From Pirellulales bacterium (GTDB lineage Bacteria; Planctomycetota; Planctomycetia; Pirellulales; UBA1268), in assembly GCA_049433245.1 (NCBI GenBank), contig JBMTLP010000001.1, positions 1 to 36,130 on the forward strand: a stretch of 36,130 bases of DNA, read 5' to 3'. The notes below the pieces were generated by a model. It saw only the letters and a list, made by a program, of their open reading frames with translations, was not told where the DNA came from and did no database searches. The translations under genes were made by a program, and so were the position numbers. Positions 22,142-29,242 of this stretch are shown one piece after another; the stretch's first letter is position 1; the number at the start of each line of letters is the position of its first letter.

Positions 22142-22260
22142 CACGCGTCCTCACAAGTGGTCATGGTGGCCTCGCGACGACTACACGCGAGCATCGCTGC
22201 CCATGCTGGTGCCAGCATTTCCTGTGGATGCAATCTTTTCAAGGACGGGAAAACGGCTGC

Positions 22261-23697
22261 CTACGCCCCCTCTTCAAACGTCCGCTTTCTGCGAAGCAGG
22301 TGGTGGTAGTGCTGCGCGAAGCGGTGTGCTTCGTCGCGGACATACTCCAGCAGCCGCAGCGAGTAGGCGTCGCGGCTGATGCGAAGCGGCTCAGACTTGC
22401 CCGGCAGGAAGACCTCCTCTTCGCGTTTGGCGAGCGACAGTACGCATGGGGGCTCGATACCAAGTTCGTTGAGGGCTGTCATTGCCGCCGACAACTGACC
22501 TTTCCCACCGTCGACGAGAAACACATCGGGAAATGGTGCACCTTCGCGGGCGAGCCGCGAAAACCTTCGCGAGACAACTTCGTGAATGCTCTTGAAGTCA
22601 TCAATCCCATCGACGCTCTGGATGCGGTATCGCTTGTAACCAGGCTTAAACGGGAGGCCGTCGATGAACTGCACGAGGCTTGCCACGGTCTCGGTGCCTC
22701 CGAGGTGCGCGATGTCGACACCCTCGATGACGCGTGGAACCTTCTCAAGTTTGAGCACGGCCTTCAGGCCGGCGATCCCCTTCTTTGGATCGACCGTGAA
22801 CACTTCCGGCTGGGCATGTTCTTCCAGGTCTCCTCGCTGGTCGAGGGTTTCGAGCAGTTTCACTTCATCACGCAGCCTCGCTGCCTTTTCAAACTCGAGC
22901 CGCTCGGAGGCCTGCAGCATCTCGTGTCGCATTTCGTCGATCACACGCTGCTTGTTGCCGTCGAGGAAGGTCCGCAACCGCAGGATGTCGCGGCGATACT
23001 CTTCTTTCGAGATGCGGAGGTTGCACGGAGCAGTGCACTGGTCGATGGAGGCCAGCAGGCAGGGGCGATACCACTGCCACTTTGCGTCGTCTGCGTCGAT
23101 ATCGAGACTGCACGTGCGAAACTTAAAGATTCGCTGTAACACCACCATCGCCCCGCGGAGGCTGCCGGCGCTGGTGAACGGGCCGTAGAGTTTGGCGTTT
23201 TTACGACGCGGTTCCCGGGTCACCTCCACACGCGGATAGTCTTCGCGTGTGGTGATCTGCAAATACGGAAACGTCTTGTCATCTTTGAGGTCGGTGTTGA
23301 ATCGCGGCTGCACGTCTTTGATCAGCCGGCTCTCCATCAGCAGAGCGTCGACCTCGCTATCTGCTTCGAGATAGTCGATGTCACGAATCTCGCGGACGAG
23401 CTCGGCTGTGCGTCGCTCTTCCGCCGCGGCCTTGAGAAAGTAACTGCTGGCGCGGCTGCGGAGGTTCTTGGCTTTTCCCACGTAGATCACGCGGCCGGCG
23501 GCATCCTTCATCAGGTAGACACCGGGAGTCTGAGGGAAGCGACGCACCTTGGCTGCGGCCAAAGAGCGGTCTCGCGCCGCGGCTGCGGCGTCGGTGTCTG
23601 CAGGGGTGGTTTCCCGTGATTCGGGAGACCCAGCCGGCAGCGGTTCAGGTGAGCCTCCGGAAGCCTGGGCGTCGGTATCGCGTGTGTCGTCAGCCAT
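22261..23697 (-). CDS. uvrC: excinuclease ABC subunit C (UvrC), lacking the C-terminal (HhH)2 domain
   Basis: GIY-YIG 'GVYLMKDAAGRVIYVGKAKNLRSRASSYF', UVR-domain 'ERLEFEKAARLRDEVKLLETL', and RNase-H-like endonuclease 'IEGVDIAHLGG...FLVDGGKGQLSAA...VRDEAHRFAQHYHHLLRRK'. The ATG at 23697 is preferred over the track start at 23820. Confidence 0.92.
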   Translation of the reverse strand: MADDTRDTDAQASGGSPEPLPAGSPESRETTPADTDAAAAARDRSLAAAKVRRFPQTPGVYLMKDAAGRVIYVGKAKNLRSRASSYFLKAAAEERRTAELVREIRDIDYLEADSEVDALLMESRLIKDVQPRFNTDLKDDKTFPYLQITTREDYPRVEVTREPRRKNAKLYGPFTSAGSLRGAMVVLQRIFKFRTCSLDIDADDAKWQWYRPCLLASIDQCTAPCNLRISKEEYRRDILRLRTFLDGNKQRVIDEMRHEMLQASERLEFEKAARLRDEVKLLETLDQRGDLEEHAQPEVFTVDPKKGIAGLKAVLKLEKVPRVIEGVDIAHLGGTETVASLVQFIDGLPFKPGYKRYRIQSVDGIDDFKSIHEVVSRRFSRLAREGAPFPDVFLVDGGKGQLSAAMTALNELGIEPPCVLSLAKREEEVFLPGKSEPLRISRDAYSLRLLEYVRDEAHRFAQHYHHLLRRKRTFEEGA

Positions 23698-23726
23698 GGT
23701 GAAGCATGCTCGGAGTGCTGCCTGGG

Positions 23727-25640
23727 TCAGACACCAACCAGCGCGCGAAGTTCGTGCTCCATCGTGTCGAGTCGCTGCTGGAGTTGTTGCTTGACCGCAG
23801 CCAGGTCTCCCGGCACGCACGGCGGCGAGGCGGTGAAGAGATAGAACTTGATCTTCGGTTCCGTGCCCGAAGGTCGTGCGGCCACGGCGTTGCTCAAGGG
23901 CGGAAACTGGTTGGGGGCAGAGGCAACCCAGGCACCCTCAGGTTCACCCAGGTCAAAAATCATCACATCTCCCTTGGTGCCTACGATTGACGCAGCTTGA
24001 CCTCCCGTGGGAGTCGCCGAGAGTGACGCGTAGTCGCGGGTTCTCGACACAGGCAATCCAGCGATGGCGGCTGGAGGACAGTTCCGCAGACTCGCCATGA
24101 TTTCTTTCATCCGGTCCATGCCGGCGGCACCCGGCAGCGACACCGAGACCTGACGTTCGAGGTGGCAGCCATGCTGTGAGAAGAGCGAAGCGAGATGCTC
24201 GTGGAGCGACCGTCCCTCTGCCTTAAGGGAGGCTGTCATCTCAGAAAGGAGCAGCGCAGCCACAGCCGCGTCTTTGTCACGGACGTGTGTGCCGGCGAGG
24301 TACCCGTGCGATTCTTCGCACCCGAAGGCGAAGTGCTCCGGCCCGATCTGGTCGATCCGTTCGCCAATCCATTTGAATCCGACGAGCAGGTCATCGATGG
24401 CTCGGATGCCGTGGTGCTCTGCCACTCGGCGAACGAGGCCGCTTGTCACAATCGTGGTGATCAGCCGGTCGCTGGGAGCGGCACGCCCTGAGCGGGACCG
24501 CATCGACAGTGTCCAGTCTGCTAGGAGGGCGCCGATCTGGTTCCCGGTGAAGGTAGCCCAGGAGCTGCCTGGTTCCAGTGTGAGTGGAGCCGCCGCGCCA
24601 AGTCGATCGCAGTCGGGATCGCTGGCCAGCACAAGGTCGTCCCCGGCCTGCATCGCCTCGGTGATCGCTTCCTCGAGGACGGTCGGATTCTCTGGATTGG
24701 CAACGTGGCCGGGCACGTTGGGGAAATCACCGTCGGGTGTTTCGTGAGGTCCATAGAGCCGCAGTCGTTGAAAACCCGCGCCATGGAGCACGGGTACCAC
24801 AGCCGACGCTCCCACTCCATGCAGCGGCGTGTAGAGGATCGACACGTCACGGTTGCCCGGGGAACTCTGTTCCAGGACCGCCGCCACGAAGGCCGGGTCG
24901 ATCTCCCGCTCCACAAAGCAGACACGGCCTTCGGCAACTCCTTGCTCGAAGTCGCTGCGTTTCACCTCCACCACGTTCATCACGCAATCGATGATGCCTC
25001 GATCATGGGGAGGCAGGACCTGCACGCCCCCAGCCCAGTACACCTTGACGGCGTTGTCGCTCGGTGGATTGTGGCTGGCGGTGACCATGATCCCACAATG
25101 GCTGTTGGTGTGACGCACCGCGTAGGAGAGCTCAGGGGTGCTGCGGAACCCACGGAGAAAGGAGATCCGAAAGCCGGCGGCGAGCAGCACCTCACTGCAG
25201 AGCTTGGCAAAATGCTCGGAGCGGTGGCGGGTGTCGTAGGCGATCGTGCAGGTTGGTGTCTCGCTGGGTGGGAGCACGCGAGTCACGTAGTCCGCGAGCC
25301 CTTGTGCGCTCTCACCAATCGTACGGTCGTTGATCGCGTTGGAACCGACGGGGTACATCGTGCCACGACGCCCGCCCGTGCCGAACGGAATCACCGTCCA
25401 GAAAGCATCGTCGAGTTCCTTCCACAGCCCTTGGTCGATGCGTGCTCCGAGATCGTCGGCAAACGCGACGAACTGAGGCAGCGTCAGCCATTCGCGAATC
25501 GTCTTGGCCGAATGCTCGGTCAGCTGTCCTGCGGCATGGGCCTGGGTGACTGCGGCGATTCGCTCGGGCGTGGCGGCCATGGACTCTCCTGCGGGGCGTT
25601 GGTTAGGAATTCGGCGATGTGTCTGTTGCTGTTCTGACAT
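23727..25640 (-). CDS. alpha-D-phosphohexomutase, long PgcA/PGM-like form
   Basis: Active-site loop 'TASHNPPSDNAVKVYW', metal loop 'ASDPDCDRLG', sugar loop 'GCEESHGY', and phosphate loop 'ARPSGTEPKIKFY'. The start is ATG 25640 ('MSEQQQ') or ATG 25580 ('MAATPER'). The track ORF extension to 26345 overlaps the divergent gene and is rejected. Confidence 0.9.
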   Translation of the reverse strand: MSEQQQTHRRIPNQRPAGESMAATPERIAAVTQAHAAGQLTEHSAKTIREWLTLPQFVAFADDLGARIDQGLWKELDDAFWTVIPFGTGGRRGTMYPVGSNAINDRTIGESAQGLADYVTRVLPPSETPTCTIAYDTRHRSEHFAKLCSEVLLAAGFRISFLRGFRSTPELSYAVRHTNSHCGIMVTASHNPPSDNAVKVYWAGGVQVLPPHDRGIIDCVMNVVEVKRSDFEQGVAEGRVCFVEREIDPAFVAAVLEQSSPGNRDVSILYTPLHGVGASAVVPVLHGAGFQRLRLYGPHETPDGDFPNVPGHVANPENPTVLEEAITEAMQAGDDLVLASDPDCDRLGAAAPLTLEPGSSWATFTGNQIGALLADWTLSMRSRSGRAAPSDRLITTIVTSGLVRRVAEHHGIRAIDDLLVGFKWIGERIDQIGPEHFAFGCEESHGYLAGTHVRDKDAAVAALLLSEMTASLKAEGRSLHEHLASLFSQHGCHLERQVSVSLPGAAGMDRMKEIMASLRNCPPAAIAGLPVSRTRDYASLSATPTGGQAASIVGTKGDVMIFDLGEPEGAWVASAPNQFPPLSNAVAARPSGTEPKIKFYLFTASPPCVPGDLAAVKQQLQQRLDTMEHELRALVGV

Positions 25641-25643
25641 GTT

Positions 25644-25649
25644 TATACT
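25644..25649 (+). promoter_or_regulatory. candidate -10 hexamer TATACT upstream of the 25719 phosphohexomutase gene
   Basis: TATACT lies 69 nt upstream of the ATG at 25719, in the 78-nt divergent intergenic region. There is no convincing -35 element. Confidence 0.2.
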
Positions 25650-25718
25650 GCCGCCCAACCAGCCGCGGGAACGGCGATCGCTACGAGAAGAAGACAACAG
25701 CCACGAGATGGGGGCACG

Positions 25719-27083
25719 ATGGACGAACTGATTGTGAGTGTCTCGGGGCTGCGAGGGATTGTGGGGACATCGCTCACGCCTGAGGTGGCGGTGCGGTACG
25801 CGGAAGCCTTCCTCGCGACCCTCTCGCCAGGAGCGATTGTGATTGGTCGTGACGGACGTGCCTCTGGCAGCATGTTTGCCGATGCGATCGCCCAGGCGGT
25901 GATGGCGGCAGGACGTGATGTACTCGACGGTGGAGTGGCGGCCACGCCAACCGTGGGCATCTTGGTCCAGGAGCATCATGCCGCCGGTGGCATCCAAATT
26001 TCCGCCAGCCACAACCCCCCGCAATACAACGGCATGAAGCTCTTTTCTGCGGAGGGTCGGGTGCTGCCGGCAGATGCCGGGCGGACCGTGCTGCAGCGGT
26101 TTCAGGAAGCGTCGCCGATCGCTCCGGCTGAGGTGCCGGGCGTGCGACGGCAGGTCGACGGCGCAGCGATTCACGTTGAGCGGGTGCTCGCCTGCGTGGA
26201 TGTCGAGGCGATCCGACGGATGGCTCCGCATGTCTGGCTGGATGCTGGCCATGGAGCGGGAAGCTGTGCGGCAAAGCTGCTCTGCGAAGCCTTGGGGTGT
26301 GAACTCACACTCGTCGGTGGCACGCCGGATGGCCTCTTTGAACACACGCCCGAGCCGACGGAGGAAAACCTGGTGGCGATGCTGCCACAGATTCCAGCTA
26401 GCGGAGCCGACGTGGGCTTCTTCCAGGATCCTGATGCCGACCGATTGGCGATTGCCACGTCAGCAGGCCGGTTTATCGGCGAAGAGGCCACGCTGCCGCT
26501 GGCGGTGGAGGCAGTCTTGGCGAAGACACCTGGCCCGGTGGTGGTGAACTGTTCCACCAGCGGGATGACCGCGATGGTCGCAGCCAAGCAAGGCGTGCCG
26601 TGCCACGTTTCGGCCGTGGGTGAAGCGAACGTCGTCGATCAGATGCGAGCTCGCGGGGCGGTGATTGGTGGTGAGGGCAACGGGGGGGTGATCGATCCGC
26701 GAGTGGTGCTTGTCCGCGACAGCATCGCGGGGATGGCGCTCGTGCTGGAACGGATGTGTGCCGGTGGCCAACTCACGCCGCTGGAGACCCTCGCTCAGGC
26801 GTTGCCGCAACGCGTGATGGTGAAAACGAAGATCCACCTCGGGCCAGAAGACCGTGGGCCGGGATTGGCCGCCGCCTTTGATCGCATTGCCGAGGCATTT
26901 CCCAACGCCAAGATGTCGCGCCTCGATGGACTACGGGTCGACGAGAAGGGAATGTGGGTGCTCGTGCGAGCGAGCAACACCGAGCCCATCGTGCGGATCG
27001 TGGCCGAGGCTGCGACGGCCGACGAGGCCCAGTCCGCTATCGACCGCGTGAACACGGCGATGGCGTCATCTGGTGGAAGCTAA
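25719..27083 (+). CDS. alpha-D-phosphohexomutase, short form (phosphomannomutase/phosphoglucosamine-mutase-like)
   Basis: 454 aa. 'VSGLRGIVG', active-site 'ISASHNPPQYNGMKLF', metal loop 'FQDPDADRLA', 'GGEGNGG', and 'VRASNTEPIVRIVAEA'. Substrate specificity cannot be assigned by eye. Confidence 0.88.
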   Translation: MDELIVSVSGLRGIVGTSLTPEVAVRYAEAFLATLSPGAIVIGRDGRASGSMFADAIAQAVMAAGRDVLDGGVAATPTVGILVQEHHAAGGIQISASHNPPQYNGMKLFSAEGRVLPADAGRTVLQRFQEASPIAPAEVPGVRRQVDGAAIHVERVLACVDVEAIRRMAPHVWLDAGHGAGSCAAKLLCEALGCELTLVGGTPDGLFEHTPEPTEENLVAMLPQIPASGADVGFFQDPDADRLAIATSAGRFIGEEATLPLAVEAVLAKTPGPVVVNCSTSGMTAMVAAKQGVPCHVSAVGEANVVDQMRARGAVIGGEGNGGVIDPRVVLVRDSIAGMALVLERMCAGGQLTPLETLAQALPQRVMVKTKIHLGPEDRGPGLAAAFDRIAEAFPNAKMSRLDGLRVDEKGMWVLVRASNTEPIVRIVAEAATADEAQSAIDRVNTAMASSGGS

Positions 27084-27100
27084 GGCTCTGCGGGCAGGTG

Positions 27101-28228
27101 CTACTCGAAGACTGGCTCGACGACGGCTCCCCCTTCGCCTGCTGCAGCATCACGTTCTTGCTGCTGATCACGCTGATCGAGCGTGTCGTCGAACTCTGCC
27201 GACTGCATCTCTTCCTGCTCGTCGCGCTGATCAAAGATGTCGTCGGTTTCCGCTGCGACTGATTCCACCTGCTCGTCGACTTGCGAGCCAGCCGTTCCTG
27301 ATCCGCGCGGACGGTTCACGCCCGCAGCATTCTCGCCAAAGGGATCGTCGAAGAGGCCGTCACCTTCGGCGGAGGGAGGCGACGACGGAGGCGTAGCAGG
27401 CGATGCAGGAGGGGTAGCGAAGGGGTCGTCTGCCGAGTTGGCGTTGCCACCATTCCCAGCATCCCCTCCGAAGGGATCCGCTCCAAATGGATCGTCGCCA
27501 GCGGGGCTGGGGGACGCGGAGTTGCCACCGAAAGGATCGTCTGCCGGAGTGCCAAACGGATCATCACTCCCGGCGTTGCTCGAACCGCGGCCCGCCGGAG
27601 TACTGGGGGCTGCAAACGGGTCGTCGTTGGCTGGCGGTGGTGTCGTCGCTGCCGGCGACGTGGCTGCCGGTGCTGCGGGAGAGCCCGTCGACGCAGGCGG
27701 CAGGAAAGCCTCTGGTCGCCGTTCACGAAGGCGCTCGGGCTCACTTTCGATCATGTCGGTGTACCGCTGCTCGATCCGACGCTGATCCCGAGCCTGCTGT
27801 TCGATTAGGGCTCGCCGACGGTACTGCTCCAGCATCAGCCGGTGTTTGCCTTGCACCCGCTCGAGCGAACGCCCAACGACGGAGCCGCCGGGGCCACCTG
27901 ACTCGAGCAGGGCTCCTTCCTGCATGTTCTCGATGGCCTCGTCGTCGCGGCCCTGCTGCAGGAGGGCGAGCGCGCGGAAGTAGTAGGCCCGAGGATCCTG
28001 AGAGCCAGATTCAATCGCGGAGGTCAGGTCGTCGATGCTCTGCTGATAATTGCCAGCATGGAAGGCATGCATCCCAGAGCCCATGAAATCACGGGCGAGC
28101 GGCGTTTCTGCGGTGGCTGTTGCGGCTCCGAGAGCCACCGCCAGACAGCAGGCAGCGGGCGTTGCCACAACTCGAAGGCGTCGTCGAAGGAACAGACCTG
28201 AAAGGAATCCGTGCGAAGCCCGAGCCAT
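27101..28228 (-). CDS. exported TPR-like protein with disordered Pro/Ala/Gly-rich DPF(G)-repeat and acidic C-terminal tail
   Basis: Signal peptide 'RRRLRVVATPAACCLAVALGAATATA/ET', and a TPR-like segment 'FHAGNYQQSIDDLTSAIESGSQDPRAYYFRALALLQQGRDDEAIENM'. A charged helix follows, then seven DPF motifs. The ATG at 28228 has SD GGAG 6 nt upstream. Confidence 0.65.
   Translation of the reverse strand: MARASHGFLSGLFLRRRLRVVATPAACCLAVALGAATATAETPLARDFMGSGMHAFHAGNYQQSIDDLTSAIESGSQDPRAYYFRALALLQQGRDDEAIENMQEGALLESGGPGGSVVGRSLERVQGKHRLMLEQYRRRALIEQQARDQRRIEQRYTDMIESEPERLRERRPEAFLPPASTGSPAAPAATSPAATTPPPANDDPFAAPSTPAGRGSSNAGSDDPFGTPADDPFGGNSASPSPAGDDPFGADPFGGDAGNGGNANSADDPFATPPASPATPPSSPPSAEGDGLFDDPFGENAAGVNRPRGSGTAGSQVDEQVESVAAETDDIFDQRDEQEEMQSAEFDDTLDQRDQQQERDAAAGEGGAVVEPVFE
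27335..27625 (-). repeat. coding low-complexity region with 7 x (D)DPF[G/A] motifs
   Basis: 'DDPFAAP','DDPFGTP','DDPFGGN','DDPFGADPFGGD','DDPFATP','DDPFGEN', spaced 5-25 aa apart in a P/A/S/G-rich context. I checked 27335-27349 codon by codon and it encodes DDPFG. Confidence 0.9.
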
Positions 28229-28271
28229 GTCCCCATCTCCAGTCGGAAAAAACCAGACAGATACTCTCATC

Positions 28272-28277
28272 ACTATA
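28272..28277 (-). promoter_or_regulatory. candidate -10 hexamer TATAGT upstream of the TPR/DPF gene
   Basis: The minus strand reads 'GCGTTATAGTGATGAGAGTATCTG', an AT-rich patch 43 nt upstream of the ATG at 28228. There is no clear -35 element. Confidence 0.25.
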
Positions 28278-28355
28278 ACGCGATCCCTCCTCGCTCATCG
28301 ACCAGTTCCGGCCCGGCTCGCCACTTTTCCTACCGGGCGAGGCAGGTCGAGGTGG

Positions 28356-28793
28356 CTACGACACCGCTGCCACCCGGCGAAAATCATCCTCCCCCAGAAA
28401 CACTCCGGCACGAACGAGTTCCAGCATCATCCGCTCTTCCGGCCAGCCAAAACAAGCGAGAAGTCGGTTGAAAGCCTCGGGCGGACAGTGGCCGGTGAGG
28501 CTGACAAAGATCACATTCCCCCCGCGGTCGTAGAGGTTGCCGTCCACCTGCCAGCGGCCGTCCGAAGTGGATTCGGTCCAGACAATCGAGCCGTCAGGCT
28601 CCGCGTAGCAGCCGGGGAGTGCGGCCAAGCGGTCGATGGCCTCTTCAAACGTGATTGCCATCGGCTCGGCCTGGTTGCCGACTGGCACAGTCAGGGTTGG
28701 CACACCGTCGCCAACGCCCTCCAGCAGTGGGCCATCTGCGACATTCGCCGGCCGGCGGTAGAGCCGCACATCGAACCGGTAATGAGCTGCCAT
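28356..28793 (-). CDS. hypothetical protein
   Basis: 145-aa ORF with GC3-rich codons throughout, lying 25 nt downstream of cutA on the same strand. No family recognised. An alternative start at Met45 ('MAITFEEAIDRL') is possible. Confidence 0.5.
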   Translation of the reverse strand: MAAHYRFDVRLYRRPANVADGPLLEGVGDGVPTLTVPVGNQAEPMAITFEEAIDRLAALPGCYAEPDGSIVWTESTSDGRWQVDGNLYDRGGNVIFVSLTGHCPPEAFNRLLACFGWPEERMMLELVRAGVFLGEDDFRRVAAVS

Positions 28794-28818
28794 GTGAGTG
28801 TGGGAGGGATGGGCTGTT

Positions 28819-29166
28819 TCAGGAGGCGGACGCGTCGTCGGCCGTCTGACCGACGTTGTCGTGAACCCAGGCGGCGTAGGCCTCGGTCGTTTCCACCGTG
28901 GCGAGAATCAACTCAGGATTCTCGTAGGTGTGGACGCTGAGAATGTACGCTGCACACGCCTCCGCCCGATCGACCGACGTTTTCCAGATGCACCGCCACT
29001 CGGCGTCGTCGGCGACGCGTCCCTGCCAGTGGTAGCGGCTGCGAATGCCGGCATCGATCTGGCCGCAGGCAGCCAGCCGCTCATTGAGCACCTCCGTCAC
29101 GAGCCGCTCTGCCTGGGCCGCGTCTCCGCAGGTCGTGGTGATTTGCACAATAGAAACGCGTTTCAT
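28819..29166 (-). CDS. cutA: divalent-cation tolerance protein CutA (PII-like fold)
   Basis: 115 aa. 'LAACGQIDAGIRSRYHWQGRVADDAEWRCIWKT...HTYENPELI' matches the CutA1 consensus (AAC...S.Y.W.G.i....E..l..KT...HpYe.Pei). Confidence 0.88.
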   Translation of the reverse strand: MKRVSIVQITTTCGDAAQAERLVTEVLNERLAACGQIDAGIRSRYHWQGRVADDAEWRCIWKTSVDRAEACAAYILSVHTYENPELILATVETTEAYAAWVHDNVGQTADDASAS

Positions 29167-29242
29167 GCGGTCAGCCTAACAGACAATCGAGCACTTCTGC
29201 GGTGGCCGCAGTCAGCGACACGAACCTGGACTTCTGCCGCGA

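Noticed and set aside
20100-22260. Calling the HTH/LRR islet a prophage remnant or genomic island
   Set aside because: There is no integrase, transposase, phage gene, flanking direct repeat or adjacent tRNA. A by-eye GC sampling (about 50-65% per 60 nt) is not clearly different from neighbouring uvrC. This needs a real compositional calculation.
13996-25649. Shared regulatory motif for glgP and the short phosphohexomutase (both have TATACT about 65-70 nt upstream of the ATG)
   Set aside because: The identity is limited to the hexamer and the flanking sequences do not align. These are most simply two ordinary -10 elements.
25641-26345. 5' extension of the 872-aa ORF (23727..26345) upstream of the phosphohexomutase
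   Set aside because: The extension is antisense to the well-supported divergent phosphohexomutase gene (25719..27083) and has a junk-like composition. The conserved mutase sequence starts only after Met at 25640/25580.
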